From Thermofilum adornatum (GTDB taxonomy: Archaea; Thermoproteota; Thermoprotei; Thermofilales; Thermofilaceae), in NCBI RefSeq assembly GCF_000446015.1, contig NC_022093.1, positions 390,001-422,000 of the forward strand: DNA of 32,000 bases, given 5' to 3'. The notes beneath the pieces were generated by a model that worked only from the letters and a program-made list of their open reading frames with translations, was not told the DNA's origin and did no database searches. Position numbers and translations under genes: made by a program. Of the stretch, positions 8,930 to 16,445 are shown in pieces. Every line of letters begins with the position of its first letter. The first letter of the stretch is position 1.

Positions 8930-10387
8930 TTACCCCTTAACCACAGCTATCGGCGTCATCCTCACTACTTTCTTTACGAACCCAACAGCGTCTGCAACGG
9001 CGACAACCCTGTCCACATCCTTGTATGCGTCTGGCGCCTCTTCCGCAACGACGGCCAGGCTCGCAGCCCTAACGACTATGCCCCTGTTCTCGAGCTCGGC
9101 CTTGATCTCTTGTCCCCTGACCTGCCTCCTAGCCTCTGCCCTGCTCTGCATCCTGCCGGCCCCGTGCGGCGAAGAGCCGAAAGTCAGCTCCATGGCTTTG
9201 GGCGTCCCAACAAGTATGTAGCTAGCTGTGCCCATTGATCCAGGGATAAGGACTGGCTGGCCTATAGTCTTGTAGTCCTGTGGGATCTCCGGGTGACCGG
9301 GCGGGAAGGCGCGGGTCGCCCCCTTCCTGTGGACGTAGACCTTTACACGTTTCCCATCGACAACGTGTTCCTCGAGCTTAGCAATGTTGTGTGCAACGTC
9401 GTATATGATTTTTAGTCCGAGCTTGTCTGGATCAGTCTTGAAGACCTGCCTAAAGCTTTCACGCACCCAGTGAGTGATCACCTGCCTGTTTGTCCAAGCG
9501 AAGTTGGCGGCTGCCTTCATTGCCGCGAAGTATTTTTCGGCCTCGGGAGCGGTTGCGGGGACAGAGACTAGCTCCCTGTCTGGGAGCGGCATGTTGTATT
9601 TCCTGACGAGCCTCTCCATTATCTTGAGGTAGTCGCTGGCTACCTGGTGCCCTAGGCCCCTCGAACCAGTATGGATCATCACTGTTACTTGTCCCTCTCT
9701 CTCGATGCCAAAGTATTTCGCGACCTCGGGGTCGTAAATCTTGTCTACCCTTTGGACTTCGAGGAAGTGGTTGCCACTACCCAGGGTTCCAAGCTGGTTG
9801 TTGCCCCTCTCCTTTGCCTCGTTTGAGACCGCGCCGGCGTCTGCACCCTCCATTCTGCCGCGCTCCTCTATGTGTTCGGGATCCTCTGGCCAGCCATAGC
9901 CCCTCTCTATGGCCCATTCTACTCCCTCTTCTAGAACCCTGTCTAGCTCTGAAAAGCTGAGCCTCAAGCCACTTGTGCTTCCCAGACCAGATGGGATCTT
10001 CCTGAAAAGTGTCTCTGCCAGCTCGCGTAGCTTTGGCCTAACCTCCTGCTCCATTAGGTTTGTCGCGAGAACCCTCACTCCACAGTTTATGTCGTATCCG
10101 ACTCCTCCCGGGCTCAACACGCCCTCGTTCGCGTCGAATGCCGCTACGCCCCCAATGGGGAACCCGTAGCCCTGGTGTCCGTCTGGCAGAACAATCGAAT
10201 ACTTGTATATTCCCGGCAAGACAGCAACGTTTGCCACTTGTTCGAGTGTGAGGTCTTCCTTCATTTTGCCTATTAGCACTTCGTCAGCTATTACGAGACC
10301 TGGAACCCTCATTCCAGGCTTGTACTTCTGTGGGATCTCCCACAAGTAGTCAGTTATCTTTCTTAATGGTGGAGCCATATTTTTCAC
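8930..10387 (-). CDS. rtcB: RNA-splicing ligase RtcB
   Basis: GHQGYGFPIGGVAAFD, GVGYDINCGVR, GSGNHFLEVQ, HTGSRGLGHQV and SPHGAGR are the RtcB metal and GMP-histidine motifs. Confidence 0.95.
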   Translation of the reverse strand: MKNMAPPLRKITDYLWEIPQKYKPGMRVPGLVIADEVLIGKMKEDLTLEQVANVAVLPGIYKYSIVLPDGHQGYGFPIGGVAAFDANEGVLSPGGVGYDINCGVRVLATNLMEQEVRPKLRELAETLFRKIPSGLGSTSGLRLSFSELDRVLEEGVEWAIERGYGWPEDPEHIEERGRMEGADAGAVSNEAKERGNNQLGTLGSGNHFLEVQRVDKIYDPEVAKYFGIEREGQVTVMIHTGSRGLGHQVASDYLKIMERLVRKYNMPLPDRELVSVPATAPEAEKYFAAMKAAANFAWTNRQVITHWVRESFRQVFKTDPDKLGLKIIYDVAHNIAKLEEHVVDGKRVKVYVHRKGATRAFPPGHPEIPQDYKTIGQPVLIPGSMGTASYILVGTPKAMELTFGSSPHGAGRMQSRAEARRQVRGQEIKAELENRGIVVRAASLAVVAEEAPDAYKDVDRVVAVADAVGFVKKVVRMTPIAVVKG

Positions 10388-10451
10388 CTAGTCTCTCTAG
10401 CTGGCAATAAACATAAACATTTTTATCCTGACATGATAAATTTTTCCTATA

Positions 10452-10841
10452 ATGATAAAGGTCTACCTCGAGAGAAAAATTACACGGGACGACCTTGCCC
10501 CCGGAAACCTCGAGAAACACCCTGAACTACGAGAGCTGTACTCCCTCTACGAGGAGGAGGGGGACTTCACTTATACATGGTACATAAGGGAAGAGCTACC
10601 TCCACACGTCGCAAGAAAGATTCTAAACACGAGAATCCTCGAGCTTCTAGATTTCCTGTCGAAGAACAAGGACATAGGGGTAAGCGAGCTTGCTAGAAGC
10701 CTTGGGAGGTCTGCGCCAAACGTTTCCCGGGATCTAAGGTTTCTCGCAAGGTGGAAACTGGTAAGGCTGAACGAGCAGGGAAAAAAGAAAACAGTCGAAA
10801 TCACAGCTAGAAGAATCGAGATACTTTTCGCAGAGAAATAG
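10452..10841 (+). CDS. winged helix-turn-helix transcriptional regulator (ArsR/MarR-like)
   Basis: The HTH segment IGVSELARSLGRSAPNVSRDLRFLARWKLV is followed by a wing (NEQGKKKTVEI). The family assignment is generic. Confidence 0.6.
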   Translation: MIKVYLERKITRDDLAPGNLEKHPELRELYSLYEEEGDFTYTWYIREELPPHVARKILNTRILELLDFLSKNKDIGVSELARSLGRSAPNVSRDLRFLARWKLVRLNEQGKKKTVEITARRIEILFAEK

Positions 10842-10847
10842 ATACCG

Positions 10848-11294
10848 CTAGATGTCGGGTGTATACTCGACTACGTAGAGGCCGCCTTCTTGATAGATAC
10901 GCATCCCGTGGTAGGTAATGGCCTTTACGAGTACCCTGGACTCGTGCCTCTCTGGGTCGAAGCGCTCCCCCGAAACAGTGGCCTTGACAATGTATCCATC
11001 CGGTTGGGGCTCTATGGCTATGTTGTCTACGCGGGAAACAAGGAACTGCTCCGTGTCGAACAGGAAAAGGATTTTTTCGAGGAAATTGTAGAGCAGGTTT
11101 TCTAGGTCGAAGCCTTCTGCTGTGACCTCTCGTTTTTCCCGGGGCTCGATGCTCTCCACGTTTGTCATTACCCCGAATAGCCCTATGACCGCGTAGGCGA
11201 AGGCCTCCTCTAGGCTCCTTCCAACCGCTCTCACAGTTATGTCGGCAGTGTGAGGCAACAGCTCGAAGCCGATTTTTTTCTCCATGGCGCGCAT
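10848..11294 (-). CDS. archease (RtcB activator / RNA-modification chaperone)
   Basis: The N-terminal LPHTADITVRAVGRSLEEAF signature and the roughly 145-aa size are typical of archease. Confidence 0.85.
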   Translation of the reverse strand: MRAMEKKIGFELLPHTADITVRAVGRSLEEAFAYAVIGLFGVMTNVESIEPREKREVTAEGFDLENLLYNFLEKILFLFDTEQFLVSRVDNIAIEPQPDGYIVKATVSGERFDPERHESRVLVKAITYHGMRIYQEGGLYVVEYTPDI

Positions 11295-11303
11295 GCCCCC
11301 TGC

Positions 11304-12398
11304 CTATTCACTTCTAATTATGAGTTCACGCTGTATAATCCAGTCCTTGAGTTTCCCAGTCACGATTATTGGCGCCTTCTTTAAGTCTTTGAGATCTTTT
11401 CCCCCGACGAGGTAGACCGCTATCCTTAGCTCCTTCAGGGTTTTGTCCAGGAACCTTCTGCCCCCTGGGACACCGCCATGATAGACGCTCCTAACCACTG
11501 GCAGGGCCATGCCTGCAAAGTCTGCCCCTAGCCTTATCACCTTGGCTACTTCTACGCCGTTCCTGACACCACCCGTCGCTACGAGCAGGATGTCTGGGAA
11601 AACCGACCTGACCTCGAGTATGCTGGCGGCCGTGGGTACACCCCAGTCGGCAAAGTCTCTTGCAATCTCCTCGAGAACGTCTAGACCCATGAGCCTCGCC
11701 CTCAGGCCCTCTATCACGGCGAAGGACGTGCCCCCCGTGCCGCCTACATCTATACCCTTTATGCCGATGCCAACGAGCTTCCTCGCTGACTCCCTCGCGA
11801 AGCCTTCCCCGGTCTGCTTCAGGATAACTGGGACACTGACAGAGCTGACAAGTTTTTCGAGGCCTGCCAGGAAGCTTCTAAACACTGGCTCGCCTTCGGG
11901 CTGTAGAACTTCTTGGAGTGGGTTCAGGTGGACGGCAAGGACGTCTGCGTCGATCATCTCGATGAGCTTCTCGGCGTCGCCCACAGATAGACCCATGGAT
12001 ACCTGGCTCGCGCCTATGTTAGCGATCCTGGGAACGTCGGGCGCCTTTTCCTTTACAACCCTGAACGTGTCTGCAGCTGACGGGTCCTTGAGGCCCGCCC
12101 TCTGGCTGCCGACACCTATCGGTATATGGAACTCCTCGGCCAGCTCGGCGAGCATAGAGTTTATTTTTCCGGAGAGAGGTGTGCCGCCTGTCATACCGCT
12201 TATCACTAGTGGGGCGTTTACCTTGTGGCCAAAAAACTGGGTGGACACGTCTACTTCGGAAAAGTCGTAGTCTAGTATCGTCTGGTGGACAAATTTTACG
12301 TCTTCGAGCATAGTAGTGGCCGTGGACTCTACTTTTTCTTTTACAGCGAAGATTAGGTGCTGGTCCTTGCGCGAGAAAATCAGTTCCTCGTTATTCAT
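11304..12398 (-). CDS. fni: isopentenyl-diphosphate delta-isomerase, type 2 (FMN-dependent)
   Basis: RKDQHL at the N-terminus, VISGMTGG, GIDVGGTGGTSFA and VATGGVRNG match IDI-2. Confidence 0.9.
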   Translation of the reverse strand: MNNEELIFSRKDQHLIFAVKEKVESTATTMLEDVKFVHQTILDYDFSEVDVSTQFFGHKVNAPLVISGMTGGTPLSGKINSMLAELAEEFHIPIGVGSQRAGLKDPSAADTFRVVKEKAPDVPRIANIGASQVSMGLSVGDAEKLIEMIDADVLAVHLNPLQEVLQPEGEPVFRSFLAGLEKLVSSVSVPVILKQTGEGFARESARKLVGIGIKGIDVGGTGGTSFAVIEGLRARLMGLDVLEEIARDFADWGVPTAASILEVRSVFPDILLVATGGVRNGVEVAKVIRLGADFAGMALPVVRSVYHGGVPGGRRFLDKTLKELRIAVYLVGGKDLKDLKKAPIIVTGKLKDWIIQRELIIRSE

Positions 12399-12416
12399 TC
12401 TATATCCACCATACCC

Positions 12417-13286
12417 CTATTTTTCAAACGATAGAGACGCGTAGGCAACAACACTGCTCTTGTCCCCAGTAACGTCGCCGGAGTCCGCGTACTTGAGAAG
12501 CCTCACATTCGTATATCCTAGTTCACGTGCAACCTGCATCAAGACCATTACTGGGCCGGGCCCACACATCGATATGTCCTCCTCTATAACAGTGTCGTAC
12601 AGCCCCTCTACGTCTAGGGCCTTTATCTTCTCTATTGCCTTGAAGTCCTTCTCCCTCGCTATCCTGGCCTCGACATAGTGGCTCATGTCGCTACTCGCGA
12701 TAACATACGCCTTCAGCCCCTTGTTCTTGATAAGGCTTGCAATCGCCTTTCCAACCCTGACAGCAGCCTCGGGCGTCTGGAGCATCATCGAGATCGGTAC
12801 AATCCTCGGCGTCTCTGGAAAAGTGAACTGTAGAAATGGGATCTGTACCTCTATCGAGTGCTCGTAGAAATGCGCCTGATAGTCGAACAGGACTATGCGT
12901 TCCAGCGAGGAGAGCTCCTTCGCCAATTCCTTGTCGACCATTACCTGGCCGAGCGGGGTCTCCCAGGCGTCATTCTCGTCGACAGCAATTGGAACCCCAA
13001 GCGCGTGGTGGTTAGGCCCCAAAATGAATACAACGTCTGGCCTGCCGGCGTCTGAAAGCTCGAGATACGAGTGGGCCGCGACGTGACCAGAATAGACATA
13101 GCCCGCGTGGGGCGCAACGACCCCTATCACTCTACCAGTGTATTCACGTGGAGCCTTCTCCGGCAACCTGCCCGGGCCGAGCCTATGTAGGAAGCTGGCC
13201 CTGAGAGTCTCGGCGAGCTCGCCTGGGTTTGCGGGGTAAAAATAGCCAGCGTTAACTGGGGAGCGTACCCTCACTCCTGAAGCCAT
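12417..13286 (-). CDS. MEMO1-family protein (AmmeMemoRadiSam system protein B-like)
   Basis: YPANPGEL, VVAPHAGYVYSGHVAAHSY and SSDMSHY are the Memo-type metal-site motifs. Confidence 0.8.
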   Translation of the reverse strand: MASGVRVRSPVNAGYFYPANPGELAETLRASFLHRLGPGRLPEKAPREYTGRVIGVVAPHAGYVYSGHVAAHSYLELSDAGRPDVVFILGPNHHALGVPIAVDENDAWETPLGQVMVDKELAKELSSLERIVLFDYQAHFYEHSIEVQIPFLQFTFPETPRIVPISMMLQTPEAAVRVGKAIASLIKNKGLKAYVIASSDMSHYVEARIAREKDFKAIEKIKALDVEGLYDTVIEEDISMCGPGPVMVLMQVARELGYTNVRLLKYADSGDVTGDKSSVVAYASLSFEK

Positions 13287-13347
13287 ACCACTCCATGAAA
13301 ATGGGGACTCCGAGCTATAAAAACTTACACTAAAAACTGTGGACAGC

Positions 13348-14007
13348 CTAGACTACTTCTCCGGTCGTCAGGATCCTAGCCTCAAAGTCTGAAAGAGGCA
13401 CTGGCAACTCGGCCGTAGGTGCAAGTTCGCCCCTCGCCCTGAGCACCTCCCTAGCGAGCAACCAGAATACGAGGGCAAGCGCCTTGCGGCCCCTATTATT
13501 CGTCGGAATAATCAGGTCGACATAGGATATGGGCGAGTCCGTGTCGCAAAGCGCGACAACAGGGATACCCATCTGACCTGCCTCAGTAACGGCCTGCTCG
13601 TCCACGCGGGGATCAGTGACGACCAAGAGGTCTGCCTCAGTGAAGTGTGCTAGAGCCGGGTTTGTGAATGTCCCAGGCAGAACCCTTCCAAGAATAGGTT
13701 TACAGCCAACAAGCCCACAGAACTTCTTGACAGGTCTGTGACCATACTGGCGCCCAGAAACCACGACGACCTTAGCCGGGTCATACCTCGCGATAAACTT
13801 CGCGGCTATCCTTATACGCTCGTCAGTCTTCTTCACGTCGAGCAGGTAGAGCCCGTCAGGCCTAGCACTGTAGATAAAAGGCTTCATGAACTTGCTCTTC
13901 ACCTTAGTGCCAATCCTTATACCCGCTGCCAAGTACATCTCCAAGGGTATCAGCAACTGCCCCTCAAGAGACCTCAACTCCTCCAGACTCATCAGCAACG
14001 CCTCCAT
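13348..14007 (-). CDS. rps2: 30S ribosomal protein uS2
   Basis: AAGIRIGTKVKSKFMKPFIYSARPDGLYLLDVKKTDERIRIAAKFI is typical of archaeal S2. A TATA-like TTTATATA lies about 25 nt upstream on the minus strand. Confidence 0.93.
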   Translation of the reverse strand: MEALLMSLEELRSLEGQLLIPLEMYLAAGIRIGTKVKSKFMKPFIYSARPDGLYLLDVKKTDERIRIAAKFIARYDPAKVVVVSGRQYGHRPVKKFCGLVGCKPILGRVLPGTFTNPALAHFTEADLLVVTDPRVDEQAVTEAGQMGIPVVALCDTDSPISYVDLIIPTNNRGRKALALVFWLLAREVLRARGELAPTAELPVPLSDFEARILTTGEVV

Positions 14008-14067
14008 ACCTTTTCAAAAAACACTATATAAACTTGTCCCTCCTGCACAAAACAAACATACCAAAAA

Positions 14068-14320
14068 CCATCGATCCTTTCTAAGTTGCATCTATTGGAG
14101 CGCGCGCTTTCTGAGTTGCATCGAAGTCGTCGTTAAGTGTGCATAGGACAGTCTTCCTTTCGCTTTCAATTCTTTCTGAGTTGCATCGTGGAAAGCTGAA
14201 TGGGAAAATGTTCTAAAGATGAGAGCTTTCAATTCTTTCTGAGTTGCATCTTGAGCATAGAATTTAGAGGAATCAACATCAACAAAGGCACATCACTTTC
14301 AATTCTTTCTGAGTTGCATC
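14068..14320 (-). CRISPR. CRISPR array 1: three full 25-bp repeats plus two truncated distal repeats
   Basis: Full repeats CTTTCAATTCTTTCTGAGTTGCATC lie at 14163-14187, 14226-14250 and 14296-14320, with spacers of 40, 38 and 45 bp. Sixteen-nt repeat remnants lie at 14107-14122 and 14077-14092. On the minus strand the repeat reads GATGCAACTCAGAAAGAATTGAAAG, ending in the ATTGAAAG handle. The leader lies on the right. Confidence 0.93.
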
Positions 14321-14572
14321 CGAATTGTTTTACTCGGGTGTGGTTTATATGTTTAACGTTTAATTTTATCAAGAAGTCTGTAAAACTGCCTTAGCACTCA
14401 AATTTACCCGTTGGAAACTTCTGAAACTTCCCGATAGGGAACTTTCCCGAAACACCCCGTTTTGGGTCGGGAATTTTTCCCGTAATCTCTTTTTAAAATA
14501 ACCTTCCCGACGAGAAACTTCATAAACAACTTTTAGTTTTCCTAATGGGAAAACATTGACAAAATAGAAATG
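14321..14572 (-). promoter_or_regulatory. CRISPR leader 1
   Basis: This A/T-rich non-coding block abuts the best-conserved repeat and is about 90% identical by eye to 28224-28476. On the minus strand, a TATA-like CATATAAAC lies roughly 25-30 nt upstream of the first repeat. Inverted repeats: GGGAACTTTCCC at 14437-14448, CGGGAATTTTTCCCG at 14468-14482, TTTTCCTAATGGGAAAA at 14537-14553. Confidence 0.8.
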
Positions 14573-14663
14573 CTTTATTGATGTAAGCTAGTTAATGATG
14601 GGGCGTGTTTCCTGTTTTGTGCTGGGTGTAAAGCTTGTAGATCCTTGATGCATGATTCGTGCT

Positions 14664-14684
14664 TTGGGGAGAAAAATTTATTAC
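14664..14684 (+). promoter_or_regulatory. BRE/TATA promoter of tRNA-Val(GAC)
   Basis: TTGGGGAGAAAAATTTATTAC ends 30 nt upstream of the mature tRNA 5-prime end. A nearly identical block sits at 28556-28576 upstream of the second tRNA-Val. Confidence 0.65.
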
Positions 14685-14714
14685 CCATCAAGCTCTACTA
14701 TTCTGCGACGTCTA

Positions 14715-14789
14715 GGGCCCGTCGTCTAGCGGCAGGATGCCTCCCTGACGCGGAGGTGGTCCTGGGTTCAAATCCCAGCGGGCCCACCA
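14715..14789 (+). tRNA. tRNA-Val (anticodon GAC), encoded CCA
   Basis: Acceptor GGGCCCG/CGGGCCC, anticodon stem CCTCC/GGAGG with loop CTGACGC (GAC at 14747-14749), and T arm CTGGG-TTCAAAT-CCCAG. It is followed by the T-tract TTTTCTCTT. Confidence 0.92.
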
Positions 14790-14798
14790 TTTTCTCTT
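14790..14798 (+). terminator. oligo-T terminator after tRNA-Val(GAC)
   Basis: TTTTCTCTT lies immediately 3-prime of the CCA end. Archaeal termination typically uses T-tracts. Confidence 0.4.
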
Positions 14799-14809
14799 CG
14801 TGAAACGTT

Positions 14810-15556
14810 TCATGATAGCTTTATTCTGCTTATTTTGTCGGTGTCTTGGGCTAGGAGTATTGTGTCTGACTTTTCTTCATATAGGATGGCTAGGGTTTTG
14901 GGGCTAATGTTTGTGAATATGAGTAGGCTGTTTTGGAATATGTATGTGAAGGTGGAGTCGAAGGGTATTCTGCATGGCTTTGTCAGGAGGAATATCTGTG
15001 CGGGGTCGAATGTTTGGGTGTGGGTGTAGAGTTCTAGCCATTGCCTGCATGTGAGGGTTATGAAAGTGGATGCAGGCGCCATGGAGGCTTTTGATGCCAG
15101 CAGGGCGTGGACGAGTACGGGGTGTGTGGTTAATGTTATTGTTAATAGCTGGACTGGCAGCTCTTGGCCGCATGTTGTCTCCGGTTTGACTTGGCTTGTG
15201 GAGGCTATTTCTAGTAGGGTCTTGTATATCCTTTGGTTTTTTGGGTCTTCTTGTGCTAGGAGGGTTGCGGCTTCTCTGGGGTTCTTAGCGGTGAGTATTT
15301 TCTTTGCGAGGCTAGGGAGCATTGGGTCTGTTAGGCGGCTCTCAAGGCTCTTTGTGAATGTGTCTAGCGTGGGACTGTCTATGCATAGGGGATCTACGTT
15401 TATGAACTGTTTTACCCAGGAGGAATAGTTTTCTGAGAATGCTAGCAATATGTTTGTCTGTGCCTTGAGGAGGTTTCGGAGCTGGTTCTCGAGGAAGTGT
15501 AGAAGGTTTTCGTGCCGGAGCGAGACGACTAGGGGTCTCGGCGCTGAACTATACAC
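14810..15556 (-). CDS. hypothetical protein of atypical composition (248 aa, GTG start)
   Basis: This is the longest open frame here, with consistent A/C-ending codons. A TATA-like element at 15574-15589 lies about 26 nt upstream of the GTG on the minus strand. I recognise no family. My estimate is that strand skew alone does not explain 248 stop-free codons. Confidence 0.5.
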   Translation of the reverse strand: MYSSAPRPLVVSLRHENLLHFLENQLRNLLKAQTNILLAFSENYSSWVKQFINVDPLCIDSPTLDTFTKSLESRLTDPMLPSLAKKILTAKNPREAATLLAQEDPKNQRIYKTLLEIASTSQVKPETTCGQELPVQLLTITLTTHPVLVHALLASKASMAPASTFITLTCRQWLELYTHTQTFDPAQIFLLTKPCRIPFDSTFTYIFQNSLLIFTNISPKTLAILYEEKSDTILLAQDTDKISRIKLS

Positions 15557-15573
15557 GGGTCTATGGGGTTAGG

Positions 15574-15589
15574 AAAAGTTAATAAATAT
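15574..15589. promoter_or_regulatory. shared A/T-rich TATA region between divergent genes (ORF 14810-15556 and rpoN)
   Basis: AAAAGTTAATAAATAT lies about 30 nt from the rpoN ATG (15618) and about 26 nt from the GTG at 15556 on the other strand. Confidence 0.5.
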
Positions 15590-15617
15590 GACTGTGGAAA
15601 TGGGCTGTTGAGAATTC

Positions 15618-15860
15618 ATGATATTCCCTGTCAGGTGCTTTACGTGTGGCGCCCTTATCGGGGACAAGTGGAGCGAGTTTGCCACGCGTGTAAGTAACGG
15701 GGAGGACCCCGGAAAAGTCTTGGACGACATGGGTATTACTAGGTATTGTTGTAGGAGGATGTTTTTGTCCCACGTAGACGTGATCGACAAGGTCATAAAG
15801 TACGGCACGATAGAAGAATTTGTTCAGCCTGCCCCGCCGGCACGTTCACGCCAACCCTAA
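15618..15860 (+). CDS. rpoN: DNA-directed RNA polymerase subunit N (Rpo10), with a roughly 14-aa C-terminal extension
   Basis: [11 protein letters not shown]...[13 protein letters not shown] is the RpoN zinc-binding pattern. At 80 aa it is longer than the roughly 66 aa that is usual. Confidence 0.9.
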   Translation: MIFPVRCFTCGALIGDKWSEFATRVSNGEDPGKVLDDMGITRYCCRRMFLSHVDVIDKVIKYGTIEEFVQPAPPARSRQP

Positions 15861-16040
15861 CAGCTTAGGTTCCCGGCGGCATTTTTCTCGGAACAAAAAT
15901 AATCGGAAAGTTTTTTGTTTGTGAAAATTCTACGTGCCAGTCACGAGTCATGAGAATTTAGGAGGTATGGGGAGAGACTGTCAGCCGGTCGCCTATGGAC
16001 TTGTAAAATTGAGAAGAAGAGAATGGAGAGCTGGACCCGT

Positions 16041-16439
16041 TTACCTGTAGCTTTTCTGTCTCTTTGCCCTTGCTGACCTGCCCCTGGGCTTCTTGGGCTC
16101 TGTTTGGCGTGGATCCTCTACGAGTAGCCTCCTGTCATATGTAAGGTAGAGCTTTTTGAGTTCCTCGCTTCCGCTCCACTCGACTAGTGCCCTGGCGATC
16201 GCGGTCCTGATTGCTGAGGCTTGTCCAACTATGCCTCCGCCCTCTGCTTCGGCGTAGATGTCTACTTGTTGGACAAGTTTGCCTGCGAGCTTTACTGGCT
16301 CCATTATTTTTAGGCGTATGACTTCGGGTTCTAGGAGCTCGAGTGGGGTCCCGTTTATGAATATTCTTCCTCTGCCCTCGCGGAGTATTACCCTTGCCCT
16401 AGCGGTTTTTCTCCTCGCAGAGGCTAGCACCATTTTCAT
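16041..16439 (-). CDS. rps9: 30S ribosomal protein uS9
   Basis: GGGIVGQASAIRTAIARAL and the C-terminal RSARAKRQKSYR match uS9. Confidence 0.94.
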   Translation of the reverse strand: MKMVLASARRKTARARVILREGRGRIFINGTPLELLEPEVIRLKIMEPVKLAGKLVQQVDIYAEAEGGGIVGQASAIRTAIARALVEWSGSEELKKLYLTYDRRLLVEDPRQTEPKKPRGRSARAKRQKSYR

Positions 16440-16445
16440 GTGGAT

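Noticed and set aside
14408-14431. GTTGGAAAC / GAAACTTCC strings in the CRISPR leaders resemble half of an archaeal ORB origin-recognition box, which would suggest a replication origin.
   Set aside because: They are only partial matches to the ORB consensus. There is no flanking A/T-rich unwinding element with inverted ORB pairs. The same strings are better explained as leader-specific repeats present in both leaders.
14573-14663. A possible box C/D sRNA between leader 1 and the tRNA-Val promoter (AATGATGG ... TGATGC).
   Set aside because: The box sequences are imperfect, no CTGA D boxes occur at the required 12-nt spacing, and the region is not conserved in the paralogous copy at 28477-28555.
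14790-15617. An integrated mobile element at the 3-prime end of tRNA-Val(GAC).
   Set aside because: I found no integrase gene and no direct repeat of the tRNA 3-prime segment (GGTTCAAATCCCAGCGGGCCCACCA) downstream within the window. Only the compositional oddity remains, and that is reported separately.
15967-16050. A 27-codon ORF (MGRDCQPVAYGLVKLRRREWRAGPVYL) preceded by GGAGGT.
   Set aside because: The Shine-Dalgarno-like motif directly abuts the ATG with no spacing. The ORF overlaps the uS9 3-prime end, is very short, and I have no conservation evidence.
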